Shown here: piece by piece, positions 28,297 through 38,843 of the stretch
Layout of the letters: every line of letters begins with the position of its first letter
How positions within the stretch are numbered: position 1 is the stretch's first letter
Assembly (NCBI GenBank): GCA_051439425.1
Contig: JBFRWD010000153.1
Coordinates: 1 to 64,000, forward strand
From: Synechococcus sp.
GTDB taxonomy: Bacteria; Cyanobacteriota; Cyanobacteriia; Thermostichales; PCC-7336
Length of the DNA stretch: 64,000 nucleotides
Reading direction: 5' to 3'
Program-made: the position numbers and the translations under genes
Notes under the pieces: generated by a model
What the model was told of the DNA's origin: nothing
The model's database searches: none
Seen by the model: the letters and a program-made list of their open reading frames with translations, nothing else

Positions 28297-31200
28297 ATGT
28301 CAATTCAATCAGAACAATATCTAACCGACTCTATTTATAATGGTGAATCATTGAGTTTTGGTGAAATTAGTATAGCCAATTCTCAATTCCATCAAGGAAA
28401 TTACCATGGAGGAGCGGGAAGTCTTAGCAATGTAAATAGTCTACTCGATCGCGCTTCTAATGAAGTTATAGATAGCCTTCCAAATATATATGATTCTACA
28501 ATATATCTAGATGCCGACAAATCGGGTGACTCCAAAATATATACGTTTACCGAGCAGAAAGGGAAAACGTTTGAAAGTAGCTTCCACGTTAGAAGTCGTT
28601 TGACAGCAGGCGAGCTCACTACTGTTCAATCTCTGGACGGCGATGCAAATGAATCACCGACTTCTGCCGCAGCCATTATTGCTCCCAATCCGTTTTCAGA
28701 TGTCGACAATTTTGACTCTCGCTTGAATGGTAGCGTTCGCAATCAAGGCAATTGGCAGACCAATCAGCCAGGCTCTACTGATGGGGCGATCGTTACATCT
28801 ACTCCCCCTAATGAATTCTCGGGCAAGGCTTTGATGAACGATCCCAACGGAATTCAGTTCAGAGGAAATGCCTATAACCCCCTTGGCAGCTCCGCGATCG
28901 CCAACAATACCATCGGGACATTCTTTATTCAGATATATAACGATAGTCTGATTGGCTCGAATCTCAGCATTGGTCTTTCCGATGTTTCTGCGCCAGGTCT
29001 AGGATCTGACAATACGGGAACCCCTGTCTCCTTTGGAGACTATGAAATCCAAGTTACGTTTGCAAACGGAGAGTTGCGTGTACGCGATGGCAATCGTACC
29101 CGCAAGGTTAGCAATATAACTCTGCGAGACGATACACTCTATAACTTTTGGATGGTTGCGGATACCGGATCCGACACCTATAACGTCTATGTCCAAGGGG
29201 GAAATATCTCCAACCAAACTCAGTTAGCAGTCAATGGAAAAACTGACTTTGGATTCCGAAATGGTAGTGCCAGCTCCGATCTAACGACTTACTTACAGCT
29301 TAACGGTACGGCCAATCCGCCAACCGCAAAAAGCTATATTGACTCGCTGGCGATCGACCCCAACAATGACAATTTAGCAAATCCAGCCCCCAGCTTTTCA
29401 GCAGTCGAAACGTTTGAGGCGATTAGTGCTGGAAGTATTAATGGAAGACGGGGCTGGTCGACTTCCTCCAATAGCGCATCTGTTGTTTCGGATCCGGTAT
29501 CTAGCAATAACAAGGTTCTGCGGGTTACAGGGTCAAATGTCTATGCTCGAAAATCTACTCCGAACATCGGTGACGGGACTGACGGAACGCTGTTCTTCCG
29601 GCTGCGCCGTAGCGGTAGTTTAAACTCCAGTGCCGGTTTATCCGATCGCCCGCAGGCCACAACATGGTCCGATTTTGAAAACCAAATTGGATTCCAGAAT
29701 TCAAGTCAGCTCAAGATCCGAGATGGTGGCGCGTTTGATGTGACTGGAACCATTGCTCCCAATCTTTGGCATGGCGTTTGGCTGGTGACGGATAACGCTA
29801 CAGACACTTACGAAGTTTATGCCAGAGGCGGTAGCTTCAATACGGTAACTCAGCTAGTATCCGGTTCTCAAACCACTTTTAACTATCGAAATGGAACCAA
29901 TGGCGCGCTAAGCGATTTTCTTGTGCGCACTGGGTCAAATAACGGCGGCACGCTCCTAATCGACGATATTTATTTGGATAGCAGCGGCACCAATCTCAGC
30001 CTACCGGGATCGAATGGGATTGAATTTTCCCAGACCAATACAGCTCCTTTAAGCGATCCGATTCCCGAAACGATCGAACCGTCGGGCTTGTCCGTCACTT
30101 TAAACGAAATTGCCCAAATACCCGCCAGCCAGACGAATAAGCCGCTGGCTAGAATCAATTATTTGACCCATGCGAACGATAACAGCGATCGCCTCTTTGT
30201 TAATGATTTAAATGACAAGCTTTATGTCATCAATAACGGAACCGTTTCAACCTATCTCAATGTGAAAGCTCGGTTCCCAGACTTTGTCGATTCACCTAGA
30301 TTGGGCACGGGGTTTGGGTTCTTTGCATTTGCTCCTGACTTCGCCCAAAGTGGAAAGTTCTATACGGTTCATACAGAAGCAGGCAATGCGCTGTCAAAAC
30401 AGACAGATTACTCTCCAAAAACATCGACCTCAGTACATGGCATTATCACCGAATGGACGGCTCGCAATCCCGCAGCCAATACCTTTTCTGGAACCAAGCG
30501 GGAATTATTGCGGGTGGGGTTCGAAACTTTCCTACATGGTTTTCAGCAGATAGGATTTAACCCAACAGCTACACCTGGTTCACCAGACTACGGTTTGCTG
30601 TACCTTGCGGTGGGAGATGGCGAGCAAAATCCACTATTCTCCAATGGACCGCAGGATCTAAGCGTTCCTCATGGCAAAATTCTGCGTATCGATCCCGACG
30701 GCTCAAACAGCCCGAATAGAAAGTACGGTATTCCCAATAACAACCCGTTTGTCTCGCAAAATTCAGCCTTAGATGAAATCTGGGCTTACGGTTTGCGGAA
30801 TCCCCATAGATTTAGTTGGGATTCAGAAGGCAGCAACCAAATGTTTATCGGCAATATTGGGGAAAAGAATATAGAGTCTATCTACCCAGGTATTGCTGGA
30901 GCGAATTATGGATGGAATATTCGTGAGGGGGCATTTAGATTTGAGAAAGATGACCCAAATAATGTCTTTTCTCTACCTGCTAATGACGATCAATTTGGTA
31001 TTACCTATCCGGTCGCTCAGTGGGATCACGATGAAGGTCTGGCCGTAGTGGGAGGATTTGTCTATCGGGGGGATCACATCCCCCAACTCTCTGGAAAATA
31101 CATTTTTGGCGATATCGTTCGTGGGCGAATCTTTTATGCTGATGTAGACGATATGGTTTCGGGGTCACCTCCAGCACCGATTGAGGAGCTCCTTCTAAAG

Positions 31201-31400
31201 GATGTTGCCGGTAATCAGCAAACATTGTTAGACCTAGTCAATAGCAGGCGCGTAGATCTGAGATTCGGTATCGACGCAGATAACGGTATCTACATTCTTT
31301 CTAAACAAACAGGGCAAATTTGGAAGCTTGAGGATAATTCTGGTGGTCCGCTTCCTGGAGCAGGAGATGTGTTGCTCTTCAGTCTCAAGAATAGGGCAAC
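28297..31400 (+). pseudogene. 5' part of a large PQQ-dependent/glucose-sorbosone dehydrogenase-like beta-propeller protein, interrupted by a transposon
   Basis: GSDH motifs GLLYLAVGDG, GKILRIDP, EIWAYGLRNPHRFSWD, NYGW..REG, GGFVYRG..P.L.GKYIFGD; the frame continues at 35987 once the insertion is removed. Confidence 0.85.
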
Positions 31401-31625
31401 TGTTGAATCTCATTAAATTGTGCCCCTGAAAGTCCTGAAAAAGCGTACCGGTCATTAGGCAATGAAAATCCCCTTATTTTGAGACGGGGATTTTCGGTCA
31501 TTTCTGCTGGAAGCCGAGGTTTCACACTATGAGTTCTTGACTGTCTGTCCTGTAGTGGGTTGATGAGAGTGCCCCCCCCCCTACTCTCAGTAGAGAAAGC
31601 CAAGAGGAGCATAAATAATCGGCAC
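31401..31625 (+). repeat. Left long terminal inverted repeat
   Basis: Aligns by eye with the reverse complement of 35761-35986, including blocks CGGTCATTTCT.CTGGAAGCCGAGGTTT and TGATGAGAGTG. Confidence 0.85.
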
Positions 31626-31790
31626 TTATCTATAGTGGATAAAAACGGATATAGAGCATCCTTACGAAGGATATTGCAGACGATTTTTCGGGGTGCATCC
31701 CGAAAAATCGTACCGGCCTATAGGGTGTGGCGAAAACCCCTTCTGTCCGTCTGAATCGGAGTGAGGTTCCGTCGAGGACAGGCCGGGAGT

Positions 31791-33107
31791 ATGCGACCAC
31801 GAGGTCAACGGACGAATTTGTCTGAACGATTAGACATCGGTGAACGTGCTGCCAACGGTCAAAGCGATCGCCAGATCGCGGCAGAACTGGGCTGCTCTAG
31901 ATGGACAGTCCGAAAGTGGAGACGTAGGTTCCAGGTTCATGGACGGGAAGGACTTAGCAGGACACAAGGACGTCCAGTCACTGGCATTCTCAGTACCTTC
32001 CCAAGTGACTTGGCTGATGCCATCATCGAAATCCGTCAGGCCCATCCCGGCTGGGGAGCTGATTCCATTTTGCTGGAGCTTCATCTCGTACAAGGCTGGT
32101 CTAAATCCCAACTTCCCCATCGCTCGCGAGTGGCAGCATTTCTCCACCAGAAAGGACTCACTCGTCGCTATGAGTCTGGTGGCCTGCCTGAACCCAAACG
32201 GCAAACGGCGACTAAAGCTCATCAGGAATGGGAAATGGATGCTCAAGGGGCAACCCATGTGGAGGGAGTCGGCTCCGTTAGTCTGATTACCATTACCGAT
32301 GTGTACAGTCGGGTCAAAGTGGAAAGTTATCCCAGCCTCCAAAGCTGTAACCCCAGCACCGAAGACTATCAACTGGCCCTGCGTCGGGCTTTCATGAGTT
32401 TTGGACTTCCCCAACGGATAACCCTCGACCACGGCACCGTCTTCTACGACAACACCACTCCATCTCCTTGGCCGACTCGATTGCACATGTGGCTGCTGGC
32501 TTTGGGAGTAGACGTCTGTTTCACTCGCAAACGACGACCCACTGACCACGCCATCATTGAACGCACTCATCAAACCATGACCCAACAGGCCCTGAGTGGG
32601 CAAAGCTGGCCGAGTTCAGAAGCCTTGTGGGAAGGACTAGATTGTCGCCGCGAGGCTCTCAACCACCACTTACCCGTGCGGACGTTGGACAGACGTTCTC
32701 CTCTACAAGCATTTCCGGAAGCCAGCCATTCCCAGCGCTATTACAGCCCCGAGCGAGAGCCAGAGCTGCTTAACCCCCATCGCCTGTATGACTATCTGGC
32801 TGGTGGCCGCTGGTTTCGGCGCACCAACGGCAATGGCAACGTCCGGATTGGTGGATACAGCTACTATCTCAACTACCAACTGGACCGGAAGGAAGTCGAA
32901 CTGAGCTTCGATCCCAAAACGGTAGAATTCATTTGTCTAGTTGAGGGAGAATCAATTGCCCGCAGAGTCCGAGCCAAAGGGCTCAGTGTCACTAATTTGT
33001 TGGGGGAGATGGAGCAGTTTCTACGTCTGCCCAGCTATCAACTATCTCTGCCTTTTAGCCAGCAGGATTGGCGCAGTCTTCACTATGTTCAGTGCCAGGC
33101 GGCTTGA
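31791..33107 (+). CDS. DDE transposase (HTH + rve integrase core, IS481/Mu-like)
   Basis: HTH SDRQIAAELGCSRWTVRKWRRRF; HPGWG; catalytic triad WEMD / ITLDHG / IIERTH; alternative GTG start at 31761. Confidence 0.88.
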   Translation: MRPRGQRTNLSERLDIGERAANGQSDRQIAAELGCSRWTVRKWRRRFQVHGREGLSRTQGRPVTGILSTFPSDLADAIIEIRQAHPGWGADSILLELHLVQGWSKSQLPHRSRVAAFLHQKGLTRRYESGGLPEPKRQTATKAHQEWEMDAQGATHVEGVGSVSLITITDVYSRVKVESYPSLQSCNPSTEDYQLALRRAFMSFGLPQRITLDHGTVFYDNTTPSPWPTRLHMWLLALGVDVCFTRKRRPTDHAIIERTHQTMTQQALSGQSWPSSEALWEGLDCRREALNHHLPVRTLDRRSPLQAFPEASHSQRYYSPEREPELLNPHRLYDYLAGGRWFRRTNGNGNVRIGGYSYYLNYQLDRKEVELSFDPKTVEFICLVEGESIARRVRAKGLSVTNLLGEMEQFLRLPSYQLSLPFSQQDWRSLHYVQCQAA

Positions 33108-33168
33108 GGAAGACGTCCATCTTGCTAACCCAATAGAATGCTCTGCACTCAGTTCCGTGCAGGGGACT

Positions 33169-33386
33169 AGACCTCTTGCAAAAAGTTTCGTGATAGGTTG
33201 TTGGGCTTGTCTACGCCTTGAGCGAAAGGGCTTGCTTGCAGGGAACTGGATGCGACATACAGCAGGGAAACCCAACGAGTAGTGTTCTCCTGACAATGAA
33301 CTGCGAATCAGCCAAGCAATTGCGTCCCCAAGAGTTTAAGCGGCTTTGGGGTTCTTCGCCCAACCTTCAAACACATTGTCAAGGCT
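33169..33386 (+). mobile_element. IS5-family (IS702/ISL2-like) left-end remnant
   Basis: AGACCTCTTGCAAAA end and decayed transposase start MNCESAKQLRPQEFKRLWG. Confidence 0.6.
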
Positions 33387-33418
33387 ATTTCCAATGGCTG
33401 CAATTTTCACTGAACCAC

Positions 33419-33937
33419 CTATACGTCTTCGTTTACAGCAACATCCAGCTTAATTTCATCGGATTCCATGGCTTTCTTTAACTCGTTAACCAAGTCGATA
33501 CTTAGGGGATAATTGATGAGGTCACCGCCAAGTTCATATAAAATTTCCTTGACTGCTGGAGCGGACTCCAAATCTGTGATCATTACCAGCATGGAATGAC
33601 TGGGCTGGAGGGATTCTGCCATGCTCTTGAGCTTGTCATCAGGAAAGCCTGTATCGACAAATTTATCCGCCAGGAGCACGCCAGTAACAGCACCTGCTAC
33701 AGGAGTCGTTAACACACCCAGCGGAGCGCCAATCAGTACAGCAGCAGCACCTCGCTTCAAAGAATCCCCTAGATTTCGACCGTAAATTTCCTTGAATTTG
33801 ATTTTATTGTTCTCATCTTTAGTAAGGAGTGCGACATCGCCTCGCTTAAGTTTGTCTTGCTTCACCCGCTTAAAAGCATTTTTTGCTCCGTCCAGGGTGT
33901 TAAAGTCCGCGATCATCAATTGCATGGATACAGTCAT
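33419..33937 (-). CDS. DUF1269-like membrane-associated protein (transposon cargo)
   Basis: DVALLTKDE..KIK, Gly/Ala-rich hydrophobic segment, DTGFPDD.LK...ESLQPSHS.LV. Confidence 0.7.
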   Translation of the reverse strand: MTVSMQLMIADFNTLDGAKNAFKRVKQDKLKRGDVALLTKDENNKIKFKEIYGRNLGDSLKRGAAAVLIGAPLGVLTTPVAGAVTGVLLADKFVDTGFPDDKLKSMAESLQPSHSMLVMITDLESAPAVKEILYELGGDLINYPLSIDLVNELKKAMESDEIKLDVAVNEDV

Positions 33938-34184
33938 GTGTTGCTCCTTCTATCAAGTTGAGAGAATGTCTTGAGTTATGAAAAATCCTGTGGTGATGCC
34001 ACGGCTAACTATGCGTTATCTGGTCGGGTAGGCAGGATTATTTGGTATGGTCCAGCTACCCTTAATCAAGATAATAAAGAGATTAGACCCTGGCTGCCTG
34101 ACGCATCTATATCTAACACTTGATATCTCGTAGAGTACGGTCAATCAGCTGTCTGATGCAGAGCAGGAGTATCGGTCTCTGGAG

Positions 34185-34240
34185 AGAGTTTAAGCAGCTT
34201 TGGGGTTCTTCGCCCAACCTTCAAACAGATGGTCAAGGCT
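34185..34240 (+). repeat. Second copy of a 56-bp IS5-derived segment (first copy 33331-33386)
   Basis: AGAGTTTAAGC.GCTTTGGGGTTCTTCGCCCAACCTTCAAACA.AT.GTCAAGGCT present twice in direct orientation. Confidence 0.85.
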
Positions 34241-34577
34241 TTCCCCGAATGAGCGAGGAGTCTATTGGATCTCCCGAGTTCCCGACTCTGCCTTAATGAC
34301 GTGCCACGGTCTCAGACCCCGGTGGACCCTCGGGGGCCATGGCGATAGGCTCCTCCTGTGTAGCCTTCCGCTCTTCCTAAGGCGTCGGCATCCACGGTTG
34401 TTATTCATACGGGGCTCAATCCCTTCACGCTTGCGCATTGCGGCCCATCATTTCCCTGTGTACGCTTCACTGACGACGTTACCGACGCCAGCGCAACACT
34501 CGGTATCCGTGCCTTGCCAGGGCTTACGGAGATAGGACTTTCACCTAACAGACAGAGCCGAGCGAAGCTCGGCACAC
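34241..34577 (-). ncRNA. 5' fragment (domain I) of a group II intron, truncated
   Basis: Minus strand begins GTGTGCCG (GUGYG consensus), followed by domain-I-like motifs AGGTGAAAGTCCT, GGTAAC...TGAAGCGTACACAG, GATTGAGCCCCG, GCGGAAGGC, GGAACTCGGGAGA; no RT ORF or domain V. Confidence 0.75.
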
Positions 34578-34660
34578 AGGAAGTGGAATATTTCGTGAGA
34601 ATTATCAGGAAGTTCTGGCTTGTAGCGAAAAATATTACCGTGGCTCATGAAGAAGGACCA

Positions 34661-35644
34661 ATGACAAAAAAGCGGCGTTTTCTTAGCTCAGATTTTTTGA
34701 AGGGATTAGGAATTCTTGCGGTAGTTACGGCCATAAGTTCTTTTCCCATAACAGCACATGCCAATGAGCGACGGGCAGTGAATGGTTGTATCGGACAAGT
34801 TGAGACTGTGGGCGGTCCTGATGCCCAGGATGGTATTGAAGTTCTCAGCTCCGAATTTTCTGAAGCAGGCACGCTCGTAAAGCTTCGAGATTCCGGTGGA
34901 ACTGTTTGGAGGTGTATAGGCTACTCAGATGGTAGCGTTGGAGACTTGGCTGTTCAGATTGAACCAGATGACCCTGTTGCATACCTGCAAGACCTTATCG
35001 GAGTCCGAGGTCGCGATGGTGAGCGGCAGCTACAACACCGTGGATACGTCAATACAGGCGGTGATGTCAGAGACAATAGTGTCCTCACCTATTGGGAAAA
35101 TGAAGCTTCTGGAGAATGCATCGAAGTTGTCACCCGAAATGGAGACTATCGCAGAATCTCTGCCTCTGATACTTCTAACTGTGCTAACGCTGAGCATGGT
35201 TCAGATGTCGCTGTAACGCATGCTCCCACTCGACAGGAACAATTCAACACCGTTTGTGGTGTGCTTGTCGGTTCTGACCGATATCAATATACTTGCGACC
35301 TAACGAACTACTATCACGGTACATCTCTGGTGAAGTCGGAATTGATTTATCCAGACAACGAGTTGACCCTCCTGTGGAGACAAGGAGGGAATGTCACCAT
35401 CCAATTCCCTGGATTAGTCGATCAGACAGGAACTTATTCTATCTACGAAGGAGAGACGGATATTTTCTTTGAGGATAAAACCTACTATTACTACTCAGAC
35501 CCAGAGTTCGCCGCTTCTGAGCTTCGTCACTTAGGCTCTTCTTCAAGTACAGCAACGTCCCACCGTACAACAGAAGAGGTCGACCCTACAGAAGAAGCCG
35601 TTGGTAATATCATCCAGGGTATTGGCGAGTTACTCTCCAATTAG
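34661..35644 (+). CDS. Secreted Cys-containing hypothetical protein (transposon cargo)
   Basis: Signal peptide MTKKRRF...ITAHA; three modules each with a Cys pair; AGAAGGA RBS. Confidence 0.75.
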   Translation: MTKKRRFLSSDFLKGLGILAVVTAISSFPITAHANERRAVNGCIGQVETVGGPDAQDGIEVLSSEFSEAGTLVKLRDSGGTVWRCIGYSDGSVGDLAVQIEPDDPVAYLQDLIGVRGRDGERQLQHRGYVNTGGDVRDNSVLTYWENEASGECIEVVTRNGDYRRISASDTSNCANAEHGSDVAVTHAPTRQEQFNTVCGVLVGSDRYQYTCDLTNYYHGTSLVKSELIYPDNELTLLWRQGGNVTIQFPGLVDQTGTYSIYEGETDIFFEDKTYYYYSDPEFAASELRHLGSSSSTATSHRTTEEVDPTEEAVGNIIQGIGELLSN

Positions 35645-35760
35645 TCATCAACTCAAATAAGTTGAAGATGTCAATAGTGGGCTCACTAGTTTAGGCTGGG
35701 CTATCTGTCGCTCAGCTTAACTCTTCCACGTTTAGGATCTACTGGTGAAATTGGACTTAT

Positions 35761-35986
35761 TGCCAGTTAGTTATAGTCCTCCTGGCTTGCTCCATGAGAG
35801 CAGGGTGGTTGGAGACACTCTCATCACCTCTCCACAGAACAGGTAATCGAGATTTCATAGGGCTAAACCTCGGCTTCCAGTAGAAATGACCGAGAATCCC
35901 CTTACCTTGAAAGGAGGATTCTTGTTGCCTCGAAACCGGCACGATTTTTCAAGACTTTGAGGGGTACGGTTTATCGAGATTCAACA
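35761..35986 (-). repeat. Right long terminal inverted repeat
   Basis: Reverse complement reads TGTTGAATCTCGATAAACCGTACCCCTCAAAGTCTTGAAAAATCGTGCCGG..., matching the left end. Confidence 0.85.
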
Positions 35987-36721
35987 GCAACGTTATCTGG
36001 ACTGAATGTGGCGGATGAGGATATTATTCGTTACGAAAATAATTCTTTCGAACGTTTTTTCGATGGTTCTGATGTGGGTCTTTCGGGTGTCGAGATTTCT
36101 GCTTTTGATGCCATTAATAGTAATGAAATCCTATTATCCTTCGATAAACCAATCAATTTACCAGGTCTAGGCAGGGTCGATGATTCCGATGTGGTGAAAT
36201 TCATCGGTTCGTCCCTAGGCAACAGGACTAGTGGGAGGTTTGAGTTTTATCTGGATGGCAGCGATGTCGGGTTGGGCAAAGATGGGGAAGATATTGATGC
36301 TTTGGCATTGCAGTCAGATGGCACATTACTGCTCTCGACCATTGGTAATGCGTACCTCCCAGGCATAAGACAGGCTGCGGATGAAGATGTTATTAAGTTC
36401 ACCCCAAATTCTCTGGGGCGAAATTCTCGAGGACGCTGGAGCCGATATTTCGATGGTAGTGATGTTGGCCTGGCAAACAATGGCGGAGAAGATATTGACG
36501 CTCTTACCCTCGATACGGGCGATCGCATTGTGCTCTCGACTCAGGGTAATTTCTCAGTGAGAAGTTTATCTGGTAAGGATGAAGATGCATTTTCGTTTAG
36601 AGCATCGTCTACAGGGTCGAATACATCTGGTTCTTTTGGACCTGGATTGATCTTTGACGGTAGTCAATTTAGTTTGGGGAATAACGATATTTCTGGTCTA
36701 GATCGGAAGATTGAGATGTAG
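35987..36721 (+). pseudogene. 3' part of the interrupted dehydrogenase-like gene (FDGSDVGL repeat domain)
   Basis: In frame with 28297-31400 across the TSD; repeats DED(I/V)..F...(F/L)DGSDVGL...EDIDAL. Confidence 0.8.
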
Positions 36722-36859
36722 CGATCCACAATAAAGGAAAGTGTAGAGCTGGGATCGCAAATCAAGGGATAGCTTGTGAGTAAGCACTTTTCTTATATCC
36801 TCAGCTCTCACGCTGCCAAGAACGCTGCTTCTAATTGTTGGACCCTCTGCCGAAATTGA

Positions 36860-37356
36860 GCCCGTTGTTCGAATCGGCACACGTATTCTGTCATTCTCCT
36901 CCGATGCCTCAAAAATTAATTCATTTCATCAAAGACCTCACAAAAACATTTGGCTGGTTTGAATGCCCCAAGTCCCAGCATTGGATACTATCTGGCCTTG
37001 ACATGACGATGACCCGGCTCGACAGGATTGCCTTGACAGCCACACCTCTCGTTCTTAACAGTGTTTCCCAACACACCAGAAATTGCTCTTGGGTATGGCT
37101 TCAAGGCAGATATTTCAGCTATGTTCATCCCTGGCTTAGATTCCCTTGTCCTAATTGAAATGGCGAGCACTATACGATCGCAGTTGCAACAGAGGAAGAC
37201 TGGGTAGTCAAGGTTGGTCGTGCGTTTCAAACGAGTGGTGTCGCCAGACAAGCAATGGGGACAGTTCATTCAGTTAGAGATTCACATGCAAGGTATTGAT
37301 TGCTCAGCTTATCAGGCTGATTGCTCCTGCCTGAGATCCCAGATCTAACAAAATCC
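36860..37356 (-). mobile_element. Decayed IS6-family element
   Basis: Zn-ribbon start MNCPHCLSGDTTRLKRTTNLDYPVFLCCNCDR at 37269; possible IR GGATTTTGTTAGATCT upstream; frame disrupted, limits approximate. Confidence 0.55.
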
Positions 37357-37571
37357 TATTGGCAGGGATCTACCCGTAGGCTTACCGAATGAACACCAAA
37401 CCGACCTTCATCCCTAGATGAAGATTAAGCCTAAAGATCGAGGCAAGCCCTGATACCTAGTGTTCTGCCAACATAAATGTGAGGAGCCGTAAATCGACCA
37501 AAGGCTTACTGCAGCCTCTGTAGCGATTAGACGATATCCCTCAATAAGCCTGGCAATTTATTAGGACAGCA

Positions 37572-38843
37572 ATGCTTATGGGTATGGCGACCGGTCGTAA
37601 GACAGAGATCACGATCTTGGGAGTACCTGCAGATTGGGGTAGATGGCTCTTGATTCCGTTGGGGATGATTATCTTGCTCTGCTTGGGAAGTGTCTATTCC
37701 TGGAGTATTTTTAGAACCCCCTTGGAAAACGAGTTGGGCATTAGTGCCGCGGAAAGTCTGTTGCCATATACGTTCATACTGGTTTTCTATGCTGCACTAA
37801 TGCCAGTTGCAGGCTATTACATTCCTCGGATTGGTCCCCGCATCACGACAGCGATCGGAGGAATTACTGTTGGCTTAGGCTATATCCTTTCAAGTTTTGC
37901 CACCGATGTTGGAATGCTTGTCTTCACCTATGGGGTGATTGCAGGGGCTGGGGTTGGCATTGCCTATGGTGTCCCCATGGTTGTTGTTTCCCGTTGGTTT
38001 CCCGATCGGAAAGGATTGGCAGTGGGGTTGACAATTATTGGCTTTGGACTTTCACCTCTGATTACTGCACCTCTGGCGAACTACCTGATTGGTGTCTACT
38101 CAGTGCTGCCTACCTTACGCATTCTCGGTATTGTTTTTAGCTCTATTATTTTGGCCATTGCCCTAACAATGAAGTTACCACCTCGGGATTGGCTTCCCCA
38201 GCAAAACTGTGACAAGTCTACATCGATCTCGGTCCCAACCTACCCTCGATATTTATTCAAGAGTCGATCGTTCTACGGGCTGTGGATTTCCTATGCGATC
38301 GGCACTCTAGTGGGATTGAGCGCAATTGGTATTTCCAGTCCGGTCGGGGAGGAAATTATCGATATCAGCCCAACTGTAGCAGCTAGCAGTGTCTCGTTAT
38401 TTGCCGTGTTTAATGGTGTGAGCCGTCCCATATTCGGTTGGTTAAGCGATCGCTACAAGCCTCATCATGTCGCAACTTTTTCCTATATCCTGATCTTAAT
38501 TGCTTGTGTATTCATGGTGAACGCACGAGCTGGACAGGTCACCATCTACCTCATTTCATTTTGCCTATTTTGGTTCTGTCTTGGTGGTTGGTTGGCTATG
38601 GCTCCAACCGTCACCTTATGCTTTTTTAACCCCGATCGGTATGCCCAAAACTACGGCATTGTCTTTACCGCTTATGGAGTGGGTGCTTTGATCGGCACCT
38701 TAGTTACGGGCCGAATTCGAGATTTATTTGGCACATACAACTACGTGTTTTATCTGATGGCAATTTTGGCGACAATTGGCATTATTATAGCCCGCGTACT
38801 ACTTAGGCGAGATGAATTGGTAGTAAACTCCGTTCCGGATTAG
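37572..38843 (+). CDS. MFS transporter, oxalate/formate antiporter (OFA) family
   Basis: 12 TM pattern; LGSVYSWSIF, RWFPDRKGLAVG, GWLSDR, NYGIVFTAYGVG. Confidence 0.9.
   Translation: MLMGMATGRKTEITILGVPADWGRWLLIPLGMIILLCLGSVYSWSIFRTPLENELGISAAESLLPYTFILVFYAALMPVAGYYIPRIGPRITTAIGGITVGLGYILSSFATDVGMLVFTYGVIAGAGVGIAYGVPMVVVSRWFPDRKGLAVGLTIIGFGLSPLITAPLANYLIGVYSVLPTLRILGIVFSSIILAIALTMKLPPRDWLPQQNCDKSTSISVPTYPRYLFKSRSFYGLWISYAIGTLVGLSAIGISSPVGEEIIDISPTVAASSVSLFAVFNGVSRPIFGWLSDRYKPHHVATFSYILILIACVFMVNARAGQVTIYLISFCLFWFCLGGWLAMAPTVTLCFFNPDRYAQNYGIVFTAYGVGALIGTLVTGRIRDLFGTYNYVFYLMAILATIGIIIARVLLRRDELVVNSVPD

Larger units (their letters stand above)
31401..35986. mobile_element. 4586-bp cargo-carrying DDE transposon with TGT...ACA ends, about 225-bp imperfect terminal inverted repeats and 5-bp TSD (GCAAC)
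   Basis: GCAAC|TGTTGAATCTC ... GAGATTCAACA|GCAAC; removing it restores the frame NRAT-LSGLNV. Confidence 0.92.

Noticed and set aside
31830..32603. 257-aa antisense ORF and similar shadow ORFs (e.g. 7148-7900, 20029-20685)
   Set aside because: Antisense to well-supported genes, with no motifs.
34514..34660. N-terminal extension of the 376-aa ORF
   Set aside because: It overlaps the intron fragment; the ATG at 34661 has an RBS and begins a signal peptide.
31401..35986. CRISPR-associated (type V-K) or Tn7 transposon
   Set aside because: TGT/ACA ends and a 5-bp TSD fit, but no tnsC, tniQ, cas12k or array is present and the ends lack visible short tandem TnsB sites.
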